Positions 10,096 to 18,364 of a DNA stretch of 20,000 nt are shown in pieces; the first letter of the stretch is position 1; every line of letters starts with the position of its first letter. A program made the translations under genes and the position numbers. The notes below the pieces were generated by a model that saw only the letters and a list, made by a program, of their open reading frames with translations, was not told the DNA's origin and ran no database searches. This DNA comes from an uncultured virus (IMG/VR IMGVR_UViG_3300024268_000045) (Duplodnaviria; Heunggongvirae; Uroviricota; Caudoviricetes). The stretch lies in the IMG/VR virus record IMGVR_UViG_3300024268_000045; one strand, 5' to 3'.

Positions 10096-10320
10096 TTATT
10101 TTTCTGCAAGATCTTTTGTGTAAGCGATTGTGAGTTGATTGTTTCTGACGAGTTTAAGCAACATTAAAGTTTTTGTTAATTCGTCAGTTATGATTAGTTC
10201 ATCAGTATTTGTTAAATGACACGGACATATTAAAGGGAAGCCTGCGTTTTTATATTTTTGATAAGCAAGAGTCGTTTCTGTACTTGTGCTAATCTTAAAA
10301 ACGTGGCTTCCCACTTTCAT
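10096..10320 (-). CDS. Hypothetical protein (74 aa)
   Basis: TAATG stop/start overlap with the upstream gene at 10318-10322. Confidence 0.65.
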   Translation of the reverse strand: MKVGSHVFKISTSTETTLAYQKYKNAGFPLICPCHLTNTDELIITDELTKTLMLLKLVRNNQLTIAYTKDLAEK

Positions 10321-11051
10321 TAGAATCTTCCTACTTCAGACCCAACTGCTTTATGAGAAATCTGACAACGAATCTGAAGTTCAGCTGCCTTTGCGATAAT
10401 CTCTTTTGCATTTGTCAAGTCTTCAATGATTACCGATATACGGTTCTTATCACATTGAGCAGTCTGTGACTCAACATAATTTTTGTAAAAATTTTCAACA
10501 TCATCAGCGTTCTTACAAACACACTGACAGTTTGAGAAAATATTTTTTGACATATCAAGGAATGCAAACATATTCTTTGGTGCTTCAGTATCACAATCAA
10601 TTAACACAACGTTGAAGTTTTCGTAAAACTGTTTTACACCTGAATAATTTATAGGCTTTCCTTTGAAAGCAAACTTTGGAGGCTGCTTACGGAATTCAAC
10701 AGTCTCCTCATTCTGTAAATCGTGGGAAATATGAGAAATCATTGCAAAGAGAATCATTGACTCGTCAATACAATTTTTGTTTGCCATATCTTCACCGATG
10801 AAGAAACCATACTTTTTTGAAAGAAGGAAGTCAATCCAATCATCTTCAAGTCCCTTTTCTTCAAGCTTCTTTTTTACATCTTCAAGAACAGCCTCGCATT
10901 CTTTTGTAAGGTCTTCTCTTGCAGGTTCTTTCTGTCCTTCAGGAATTGTAAACTTTCTTCCGTCATCTGAAAATCTAAACACGAGACCGTTCAAACCTTG
11001 AACCTGTCCTTCTGGGAAGTACTCCCAATCTAAGCTGTCCAACTTAAGCAT
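10320..11051 (-). CDS. Hypothetical protein (about 243 aa)
   Basis: Best start is ATG 11051 (MLKLD) after SD GGAGGA, overlapping the end of the previous gene. Confidence 0.7.
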   Translation of the reverse strand: MLKLDSLDWEYFPEGQVQGLNGLVFRFSDDGRKFTIPEGQKEPAREDLTKECEAVLEDVKKKLEEKGLEDDWIDFLLSKKYGFFIGEDMANKNCIDESMILFAMISHISHDLQNEETVEFRKQPPKFAFKGKPINYSGVKQFYENFNVVLIDCDTEAPKNMFAFLDMSKNIFSNCQCVCKNADDVENFYKNYVESQTAQCDKNRISVIIEDLTNAKEIIAKAAELQIRCQISHKAVGSEVGRF

Positions 11052-11403
11052 TCTTTTTCCTCCAATCGTCAATCTCTTCTTTCATACCTTCAATTGCTGC
11101 TTGATATTCCATTGAACCACGGTCTCTTAAAGGGAACTTAAGTTCAAGAATAATTACATTCTTGTCGTCCTTTTTGTAAGCCAATGAAATCTGGTCTGTA
11201 TCGAAGCAACGGAATACATCGAGATTATATCTTTCCTTACAATATGCAGTAAGGTCTTCAAACACATTGTTCTCAATATCAACCAAGTTGTCGTGTTGTT
11301 TGAATAATGTGTTCTTCTTTTTCTTGTCCAAAACTTTTGATGTCACAATGAGATTTGCAAGTCCTATGACAATATTAAGAATAAGTAATACACTTATTAA
11401 CAT
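11044..11403 (-). CDS. Hypothetical protein with N-terminal membrane anchor (119 aa)
   Basis: SD GGAGG before ATG 11403; MLISVLLILNIVIGLANLIV followed by a KKKK cluster. Confidence 0.7.
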   Translation of the reverse strand: MLISVLLILNIVIGLANLIVTSKVLDKKKKNTLFKQHDNLVDIENNVFEDLTAYCKERYNLDVFRCFDTDQISLAYKKDDKNVIILELKFPLRDRGSMEYQAAIEGMKEEIDDWRKKNA

Positions 11404-11423
11404 CAAAACCTCCAATATAATAA

Positions 11424-13322
11424 TTAGATTGTTTGTCCTTTTTGCAAAGAAAACAATTTTTTCCAAATGCCTTCACTGATATATTTTTGATTGAACAAAG
11501 AGTTAAGTGTTTCGCCTTTTGTCTCCAAGTTCAATTCCTGCAAGTTGTCGATTGAATTATCATATCTTAAAGAATATGTTCTTGTGACTTCAGTCTGCCC
11601 TGGGCGGTATATACGGCCTCTTGACTGAGTGTACTCAACAAAGTTATATGTCTTTTCAACATATACTTCATATTTACATTCAACGCAAGTTACAGATGTG
11701 TTCATAACTTTAATAGAAGCAATCAAAAGCTTTTGCTTAGGGTCTTTCAAAAACTTCTTAACTAAAGGAATGCGGTCGTCCATCGGAACATCAGCTGAAA
11801 TAATGCAAGGATTATAATTTGCATATCTTTCACTCAAAGTAACCATTGTCTCTGGGTGGAAATACCAAATGATACCTTTTTGTCCATCAACATCAGTTCT
11901 TTCTTCAATGATTTCATCAACAAGTTTAATCTTATTATAGTCTTTATTGTAATCAAACTTTCTGATGTCTTCTTTTAGGTCCTCTGGGAAGTACTCAAAC
12001 TTTTTATTATTCAATAATGCAGTTGGGTTGTCAACACAAGTTTGAAAATACTGAAATAAGTTCTTCATTCTTTCAGAGAAGCTCTGACCACCTTCACTTG
12101 CAATGTTTGCCTGTTCAGCAGCAGTAAAATTGCTGAAGCGTTCATATATTCTTCGATGTAAAGGCGACATCTCCATAAACATTGTTGGGACTTCATAATT
12201 CAATGGCAAGTCAAGACAATCAATCATAAGACGCTTTGCACAATAATGCTTCAGCATCTTTTTATTGAATTCTTCAAGTAAGTCAAGTCTCCAACCATTA
12301 GGATTGATTGCATAAGGGCTGTAAGAGTTACCAATATCATTATACTTTGCACACCAAGTTTGATAGTCCATACCATCAACTAAAGCAGGGTCAAGTATCT
12401 TTGAAGGCTCATACAATTTTTCATATTTATCTGCAAGAGTTCCTGTAAACTCAAATCTCTGTTCAAAGAACGGAACAATAAAGTTCATAATCTTTGTTCG
12501 TCTTGAGGTAGGTGAACTTAAGTAATGATTCTCATCAAGAAACAAACCACCTGGGTGTCCGTCAAGCCATTCTTTGATAGGCATTGGATTTTTAGTATAA
12601 GCTGTGCCCGTAGAAGGATGCTTATTCTTTTTTGTTGCAAACTTAATATCATAATAATAATTACTTACAGACTTCAAGGCATCGTAAGAAAGAATGATAA
12701 TTGTTTGAGGATACTTTTCAGTATTGAAAATATCGCGGTCTTCAAACTTTACTTTTGCCATAGAAGTAATTGTAAGAATATCTTCATCTCTCATATTCTT
12801 ACCGTGTAGCAACAATTCACCTTTAACATTACGAGTACCGATTGATGAAGAAAATATCAAACATTTATTTATGTCACCGTAATATCTTTTATGTTCGATT
12901 AAACCTGCAAGAATCCAAGATTTACCTAAACCCATTTCGTGGTGATATAAAAATCTGTTCTGACAAAGTCCTCTTAATAAGTCCTGTATTTGATAACTTT
13001 CATAAGGATGTTTTCCAACAAGAGGCGGATTGTTCATCAATTCTTGTCGGTAAGTTCGACGATATATTTTAAGTTCTTTTAAGTTTTCGTGATAAAGTTT
13101 TATCTCTTCTTCAGTAAGTAAATCAACTTCAGGCTGCTCACCAAAGTCAACACAAGATTTATAAAAATCTTCATATCTTGTTACATTAAGAGTCCATCTT
13201 TTTAATGTGGCATTCCATCGACAACCTTCTTCTTTCAAAAAATCAACAAGGTCGCGGAAATTATCGCCACCAATCTTAATAAGAAGATTTTTATCAGATG
13301 AGTCATATTCTATAGCAACCAT
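11424..13322 (-). CDS. SNF2-family (SF2) helicase/ATPase (632 aa)
   Basis: Walker A HEMGLGKS, Walker B LDENH, motif III TGT, motif VI QSRGRIYRPGQ. Start moved to ATG 13322 because the track start 13367 would run through a terminator. Confidence 0.88.
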   Translation of the reverse strand: MVAIEYDSSDKNLLIKIGGDNFRDLVDFLKEEGCRWNATLKRWTLNVTRYEDFYKSCVDFGEQPEVDLLTEEEIKLYHENLKELKIYRRTYRQELMNNPPLVGKHPYESYQIQDLLRGLCQNRFLYHHEMGLGKSWILAGLIEHKRYYGDINKCLIFSSSIGTRNVKGELLLHGKNMRDEDILTITSMAKVKFEDRDIFNTEKYPQTIIILSYDALKSVSNYYYDIKFATKKNKHPSTGTAYTKNPMPIKEWLDGHPGGLFLDENHYLSSPTSRRTKIMNFIVPFFEQRFEFTGTLADKYEKLYEPSKILDPALVDGMDYQTWCAKYNDIGNSYSPYAINPNGWRLDLLEEFNKKMLKHYCAKRLMIDCLDLPLNYEVPTMFMEMSPLHRRIYERFSNFTAAEQANIASEGGQSFSERMKNLFQYFQTCVDNPTALLNNKKFEYFPEDLKEDIRKFDYNKDYNKIKLVDEIIEERTDVDGQKGIIWYFHPETMVTLSERYANYNPCIISADVPMDDRIPLVKKFLKDPKQKLLIASIKVMNTSVTCVECKYEVYVEKTYNFVEYTQSRGRIYRPGQTEVTRTYSLRYDNSIDNLQELNLETKGETLNSLFNQKYISEGIWKKLFSLQKGQTI

Positions 13323-13332
13323 AATATAGAAT

Positions 13333-13341
13333 ATATTAACA
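13333..13341 (-). promoter_or_regulatory. Extended -10-like motif TGTTAATAT
   Basis: Exact 9-mer on the minus strand in four intergenic regions (7587-7595, 13333-13341, 16516-16524, 19616-19624). Confidence 0.6.
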
Positions 13342-13365
13342 AAAAAGGGTACCATTGCGGTACCC
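13341..13365 (-). terminator. Intrinsic terminator
   Basis: GGGTACC-N5-GGTACCC followed by T6 on the minus strand. Confidence 0.8.
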
Positions 13366-13389
13366 ATATATTTTTAACTTTTTATTTTG

Positions 13390-13698
13390 TTATTCTTCGT
13401 AACCTTCTGGGATATAGCAGAACAAATCTTCTTCATCTTCCCAAGGCTCATCGCCTGAAACTTCATCCCCATCTTCGTTATAGAAAACAGTTGCCTGAAC
13501 TTTTCTTCCACCTTTAAGATTGTTAAAAGCTCTTTGTGCAGTTTCTAAATCACCTTCATTATCAAATGAATATGACTGTCCATCATCATTATTTATTGTA
13601 ATGTTATGATGGCCTGAAATATCACGGAGAATATCTTCAATTGAAATCTCAAAAAGATCTCCGCCTTCATAATCAGTTACTCTTACAACTTCGTTCAT
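13390..13698 (-). CDS. Hypothetical acidic protein (102 aa)
   Basis: ATG 1 nt after the previous TAA with SD GGAG; D/E-rich. Confidence 0.7.
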   Translation of the reverse strand: MNEVVRVTDYEGGDLFEISIEDILRDISGHHNITINNDDGQSYSFDNEGDLETAQRAFNNLKGGRKVQATVFYNEDGDEVSGDEPWEDEEDLFCYIPEGYEE

Positions 13699-13699
13699 T

Positions 13700-14377
13700 T
13701 TACTCTCCCATTACTTTTTCGTATTCGTCATAATCATCTGAATCCAACCAAGACTCAAATCCGTCATCAGGAGCTTTACCGTTTTCATCTCTCTGTTCGA
13801 TTTTGATAAAAGCACCGCCCATTCCGAGAGTTTGTTCAACAACTTCAAGTCCCATCCCTGGAGCTGCAGTATCAAGGAACTGCTGAAGCTTGTTTACGAA
13901 ATCAATAAAGTTTATTTGTGCGCTCTTGAACTTACCTTCTTTTAACAACTTTTTGCTTTCTGATATTCTTTCCATTGTTTTAAGATTTTCAAAAAGAAAG
14001 CCCTGTCCTGCAGAAAGGTCCTCAAGTTTTTTAAGTTCTGCATCGTCAATGTAAACTCTGTCTTCCATCTCAGATACATCTGAAGCCATTTCAAACAAAC
14101 CTTTGATAGCTTGTTTCAAATCACCGCCCATATTCATCTCACCAATCTCGTCTTCATATTGCTGAGAAACATAAAAGCAAACTTTACCAGCCGCGTCTGG
14201 GTCTTCATAGCCCGTTGCAGTAATGCCAACATTGAAGCCTGCACCACAATAAACAGTTATAGCAACTTCTTCGTGAACTGGGTCATCAGATGTTTTTGCT
14301 TTTGCTCTATATGCTGCTCTAAGAAGGTCAGCCACTTTTGAATATGGAAGACCCTCTTCATTTTCAGTCATTTTCAT
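13700..14377 (-). CDS. Hypothetical acidic protein (225 aa), possible head protein
   Basis: ATGA overlap with the ligase-fragment gene, SD AGGAG; motifs MTEN, LFEN, ISES, LKEG. Confidence 0.7.
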   Translation of the reverse strand: MKMTENEEGLPYSKVADLLRAAYRAKAKTSDDPVHEEVAITVYCGAGFNVGITATGYEDPDAAGKVCFYVSQQYEDEIGEMNMGGDLKQAIKGLFEMASDVSEMEDRVYIDDAELKKLEDLSAGQGFLFENLKTMERISESKKLLKEGKFKSAQINFIDFVNKLQQFLDTAAPGMGLEVVEQTLGMGGAFIKIEQRDENGKAPDDGFESWLDSDDYDEYEKVMGE

Positions 14378-15210
14378 AAATATCTCCTATTGATATTTAG
14401 TAACATTTCAAGGAATGCTTCAGGAGATATAATTGCTGTACCGAGTTTCTTTGCTTTTTCTGATTTTGCTGAGGTTGAGTCTGGGTCAGCCTGAACAAGA
14501 TATGTAAGTGTTTTATTTATTGAGGAAACAGTTCCGCCGTTATCAACAACCATTTTTTCAAGGTCAGCTCGTTTGTAAGCCATTGCGCCTGTGAAGCAGA
14601 AACTCATTCCTGCAAGAACGCCACCTGCAACCTTTTCTTCTTCACCGATATTGCAAAGTTTTGATACTTCAAGCAGATCTTTTTTGATTTCTGACAAAGC
14701 CTGCAAAACTTTAATGCCTGACTCCAAAGTCCAACCTTTGATATTTGATATGTCACGAGGATTTGCTTTTTCAAAGAAACTTTCGATTGTGTTGTAACCT
14801 GCGTCAACTAAAGACTGCAAACGCTTTTCGCCGAAGTCTTCAATATCGAAAGCAGAGATAAAGTTGGCAAGTGTTCTTTTCTTTGACATTGCTGCCTTAA
14901 GATTTTTACGGATTTTTTCGGCATTCTTGCCTGCGATTTTATCAAGAACTGGGCTGTCGATTTCACGAAGGAATTGTGCAAGGGATTTGATATTTGCTTC
15001 TTTTACAAAGTCTTCAACAACTCGTGGACCAATTTCAAGAACATTCCACTTATTTGACATCTTTATGATTGCGTGTTCAATCTTCTTTGCGCAGGAATCG
15101 TTTGGGCAAAAAACTTCTCCACTGTCATTGATTTCAAGTTCTGTGCCGCAGCAAGGGCAGACAGTAGGCATTCCCCAATTGTATTTTTTAGCAAGTTCTG
15201 ATGCTTTCAT
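14374..15210 (-). CDS. C-terminal half of NAD-dependent DNA ligase (Zn finger, HhH repeats, BRCT); no adenylation or OB domain
   Basis: PTVCPCCGT...VFCPNDSC zinc finger, IGPRVV / FGEKRL / IKGW HhH motifs, LAGMSFCFTG...GGTVSS...TYLV...KSEKAKKLGTAII BRCT. Has its own SD AAGGAG and promoter. Confidence 0.85.
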   Translation of the reverse strand: MKASELAKKYNWGMPTVCPCCGTELEINDSGEVFCPNDSCAKKIEHAIIKMSNKWNVLEIGPRVVEDFVKEANIKSLAQFLREIDSPVLDKIAGKNAEKIRKNLKAAMSKKRTLANFISAFDIEDFGEKRLQSLVDAGYNTIESFFEKANPRDISNIKGWTLESGIKVLQALSEIKKDLLEVSKLCNIGEEEKVAGGVLAGMSFCFTGAMAYKRADLEKMVVDNGGTVSSINKTLTYLVQADPDSTSAKSEKAKKLGTAIISPEAFLEMLLNINRRYL

Positions 15211-15226
15211 ATTAACTCCTTACAAA

Positions 15227-15258
15227 AATAATATAAAGAAGTTATTCAGGAAGTTTAA
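15227..15258 (-). promoter_or_regulatory. sigma70-like (early) promoter TTAAAC-N17-TATATT, copy 2
   Basis: Shares a 16-nt and an 8-nt exact block with 4700-4731 at identical spacing. Confidence 0.65.
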
Positions 15259-15661
15259 TTGAAGACCAATTTTCTAACAACTTTTTTGCTTCTTTTTTAG
15301 AGTATTTTGGCTTTATATAGACAATTGAGTCTTTTTGTGTTTCCATTGAAAATTCAGAAAATATGCGATTTCTTATAGGAACACCTGGGCCTTTTTGAAC
15401 ATTCTTTTCAGACTCTTCAACATCCTTTTTATCGAAAAATGTTGGAAAGCGGTCAATAATTGTTTCAATTGCTTCTTCAGTAAGTTCAGCTTTTTGAGTG
15501 CCGTCTTCTCCAAAAACATATTGTTTTATTACTTCTTCTGGGTCGTTTTTGAAATCAATACTGCCGCTGAAAGGCATTTGAAGACGAACGAGTCTTAACA
15601 TATTCTCAGGAGTAAACTAATTGAATGACGATGCCAATTCTTCTTCTGTTTTATTTTTCAA
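15242..15661 (-). CDS. Major-capsid-fragment paralog 1 (in-frame TAG at 15617-15619; intact 119-aa ORF from 15601)
   Basis: SD AGGGAGG + 8 nt + TTG at 15661 gives MKNKTEEELASSFN*FTPENMLRLVRLQMP, matching capsid MAKMTEAQLSTSFQGFTPENMLRLVRLAMP. Later RNRIFSEFSMETQKDSIVYIKPKYSK matches RNKVFTEFAMESAKDSIKYIKPVYSK. Confidence 0.8.
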
Positions 15662-15695
15662 AGCAGCTGCCTCCCTTTCAAATATAGACCGTGCG

Positions 15696-15860
15696 TCAAA
15701 TCTCCTCAACAACTTCGTACCAATCCTTTCTTTTTGAGGTTTCAGCGTCTTTGTCAAATCCTGTCAAAGCCAACATTTGTTTATGAGCTGAGTCTTCTGT
15801 TGGCCAAGATTCATAATAAGTTCTTTCACCTGATTTTGTTACGTGATAAATATTAAACAT
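15696..15860 (-). CDS. Small hypothetical protein (54 aa), absent from ORF track
   Basis: MFNIYHVTKSGERTYYESWPTEDSAHKQMLALTGFDKDAETSKRKDWYEVVEEI*; TAATG overlap with the upstream stop; fills the gap. Confidence 0.65.
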   Translation of the reverse strand: MFNIYHVTKSGERTYYESWPTEDSAHKQMLALTGFDKDAETSKRKDWYEVVEEI

Positions 15861-16509
15861 TACTTCTTACCTCTCTTCTTTGGTTTAGTAAATTGTATTT
15901 TTTGAAGGTACAACTGATCTGATGGCGGAGCCATAGGTTTTTCTTTGAACAATTTACTTACTCTTTTATCAGAGTCGTGGTCAGCAAGTTCCAAGTCCTG
16001 TTCATCAAAGAATGTTGGGTACTTATCCAAAATCTTTTCAATTGTTTCTTCAGTAAGCTCGGCTTTATTACCGTCTCCAAAAACGATTTCTCTCAACTCT
16101 TCATAAGTATAATCGTCAAGGTTGATATTTTCTAATGAACCACCTAATATCGCTGATGGGAATATTGGTCGAACCTGAAGCTGTGATATAGGGTCAGCTA
16201 AAGTAATAGCATTCCCGTTATTGCCAATAACGCCTGTTGTTACGACAGGAGCAAGTTTGCCATACACTACTTGCGGCGCATCATCATCTTTATTTTCATA
16301 AACAGTAAGCAAGGAGCCGTCAGGCATCTGAACTTTTTTCTCAAGTTTTTTGTTGCTTTTACAAGTTTATCTGCTTCTTTTTTAAGTCTCTTATTTTCTT
16401 TCTCTTGTTCTTTTGTAACGTCGCTGCACCAATTACTGAACATATTCCATATTGAATGAGCTTCATCATCTTTCATCTCTAAAGAGATACTACCTTTAGG
16501 TCCTAGCAT
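15860..16509 (-). CDS. Major-capsid-fragment paralog 2, split into two ORFs (16267-16509 and 15860-16327) joined by a -1 shift
   Basis: Shares VFG.G..KAELTEE.IE.I.D..PTFFD with paralog 1. SKLFKEKPMAPPSDQLYLQKIQFTK aligns ungapped to capsid NKVFTEFAMESAKDSIKYIKPVYSK. In-frame A_AAA_AAC and A_AAA_AAG lie at 16333-16351. Confidence 0.6.
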
Positions 16510-16523
16510 ATAATGATATTAAC

Positions 16524-16547
16524 AAAAAAGGCAGGCTTCGGCCTGCC
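16524..16547 (-). terminator. Intrinsic terminator after flaA
   Basis: GGCAGGC-N4-GCCTGCC hairpin followed by T6 on the minus strand. Confidence 0.8.
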
Positions 16548-16570
16548 AATAGAGTCCGAGACCCTAGATT

Positions 16571-17383
16571 TTATTTTGCATCTCCTGAAGAATCCATTTT
16601 TTCTTTTTCTCTTTCAATCAGTGCAGCTTTAAGTTTGATTGCTTCTTTTTCTCTTTCTTCAACCTTTGTCTTATCACCTGACTTCAAATTGAAAGTTTCA
16701 TCTGTTGACTTAATAATCTCAAGTTCCTGTTCAGTATAAGCAAGATCATAAATAACCTTTACATTACTTATGTAAACAACTGAAACATCATAACCTGTGA
16801 TAGGGATTGTTCTTATGCGAATTGCTCTAATATAAAGTTCATTTGTTGCCTTTCCACCATAAGCTGGGTAATTCAAAACATCTCTTTTATTAGGGTCATC
16901 AACATATTCAAGGTTATCCCATTCAAGAACAACTTCACCAATAGTCTGCAAGTCGCCTTTGAATTTATATTCTTTACCTACTGGGTCATTTGGGTCAGTT
17001 GCTAAAAATATTGATACTTCATCATTTCTGTTTATGCCATTAACTGTAATACCAAGTTTCTTTAATGTGCCAACATTTGTCAAGTAGCCAAACTCTTTAT
17101 CAGCTTCAGTTATAATAGGATTGTATGGCGGCACAATGTCATAATACACATAACGATTTTCAGGAATGTTCTGAACACAAACAGCAAGTTTGCCATCAAC
17201 AATCTTAATCTGATAAGGAACTCCCTTAAGAGATGACATTGGACGAACTTCCCAATTTTCATAGGAATAACCATCAACTGCGTTTTCGATAAAAGTACTT
17301 GCATTAAGGAAAGTCTTTTCCTCAGCAAATGTTGTAAAACAAATTGCGAATAGCATTGCAAATATCGCAAACAACTTCTTCAT
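16571..17383 (-). CDS. flaA: Spirochete flagellar filament sheath (outer layer) protein FlaA-like, with Sec signal peptide (270 aa)
   Basis: Signal peptide MKKLFAIFAMLFAICFTTFA. IVPPY, GYLTNVGTLKKLGITVNG, LEWDNLEYVDDPNKRD..YPAY and YISNVKVIYDLA correspond to conserved Treponema FlaA blocks (NVGTIK, W.NP.Y...R.R...YP.Y, YFKDVKIIYDKA). Directly downstream of flaB; SD GAGGAG. Confidence 0.8.
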   Translation of the reverse strand: MKKLFAIFAMLFAICFTTFAEEKTFLNASTFIENAVDGYSYENWEVRPMSSLKGVPYQIKIVDGKLAVCVQNIPENRYVYYDIVPPYNPIITEADKEFGYLTNVGTLKKLGITVNGINRNDEVSIFLATDPNDPVGKEYKFKGDLQTIGEVVLEWDNLEYVDDPNKRDVLNYPAYGGKATNELYIRAIRIRTIPITGYDVSVVYISNVKVIYDLAYTEQELEIIKSTDETFNLKSGDKTKVEEREKEAIKLKAALIEREKEKMDSSGDAK

Positions 17384-17407
17384 TTATAATCTCCTCAAAT
17401 TAAAGTA

Positions 17408-17485
17408 AGGGGAACCGAAGTTCCCCTAGTTAAGCTCTTTTTTAAATACTAGGCAACTACCCACCCAATTGAGCCTCAGTTGCCT
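17408..17485 (-). terminator. Structured flaB-flaA spacer: two hairpins (partial terminator or mRNA stabiliser)
   Basis: AGGCAACT...AGTTGCCT (17451-17485) right after the flaB stop, and AGGGGAAC-TTCG-GTTCCCCT (17408-17427) with only a weak U-tail. Confidence 0.6.
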
Positions 17486-18343
17486 TTACTGTAAAAGCTG
17501 CAATACATTCTGTGACTGACTGTTTGCTTGCGCAAGCATTGCTGTTGAAGCCTGCTGAAGAATTGAATTCTTTGTGTAATCAACCATTTCTTTTGCCATA
17601 TCAGCGTCGCGAATAATGCTTTCTGATGAAGTCATATTCTCTGCTGCAACGTTGATACCTTTTGCTGCCATCTCCATTCTGTTCTGAACAGCACCAAGGT
17701 CGGCTCTCTGTCTGTTTACATTCTTCAACGCTTCGTCGATTGTTGCAAGTGTACGGTTTGCTGTTTCAGTATCTGAAACTGATACAAGAGCTCCGTCTTC
17801 ACCATCCTGCCCTTTTCCGCGAAGTCCCAAAGATTCAGCAGTTGCAGATGCAATGTTAATCTTGATGTTCTGGTCAACATTTGCGCCAACTTGGAAAGTG
17901 ATTGAGTTGTCAGTTTCTTTTGCGAAACGACCTGTCAACATATTGTAGCCATTGAACTGAGCAGTAGATGCGATACGGTCAACTTCAGCAACAAGCTGTG
18001 AAACTTCTACCTGAATTTGCATTCTGTCTTCATCGCTGTAAACACCATTTGATGCCTGAACAGCAAGTTCACGGATACGCTGCAAGATGTCTGTTGTTTC
18101 CTGAAGATAGCCAGAAGTAACTTGTATGAAACTTATAGCATTTTCAGTATTTTTGCTTGCTTGATTAAGACCTCTGATTTGAGCTCTCAATTTTTCACTT
18201 ATTGCAAGACCAGCTGCATCGTCACTTGCTTTATTTATGCGTTGACCTGAAGATAATTTTTCAATAGAACTTTGAACTTCCTTTGCATTTATTCTCTCCA
18301 TACGAGAGGCGAACATTGAACTAAGATTGTGATTGATAACCAT
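17486..18343 (-). CDS. flaB: Flagellin, spirochete FlaB core type (285 aa)
   Basis: [103 protein letters not shown]. Short variable region typical of spirochete FlaB; SD AAGGAG. Confidence 0.97.
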   Translation of the reverse strand: MVINHNLSSMFASRMERINAKEVQSSIEKLSSGQRINKASDDAAGLAISEKLRAQIRGLNQASKNTENAISFIQVTSGYLQETTDILQRIRELAVQASNGVYSDEDRMQIQVEVSQLVAEVDRIASTAQFNGYNMLTGRFAKETDNSITFQVGANVDQNIKINIASATAESLGLRGKGQDGEDGALVSVSDTETANRTLATIDEALKNVNRQRADLGAVQNRMEMAAKGINVAAENMTSSESIIRDADMAKEMVDYTKNSILQQASTAMLAQANSQSQNVLQLLQ

Positions 18344-18364
18344 TTTTCTTCTCCTTAAGAGTCA

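Noticed and set aside
13323..13367. Track start of the helicase at 13367
   Set aside because: It overlaps a terminator hairpin and a promoter motif; ATG 13322 is more plausible.
16571..18343. Host chromosomal flagellar operon (prophage boundary)
   Set aside because: No other flagellar or housekeeping genes are present. Both flanks carry phage-type genes and the same phage promoter motif, and FlaA is much more diverged than expected for a host copy.
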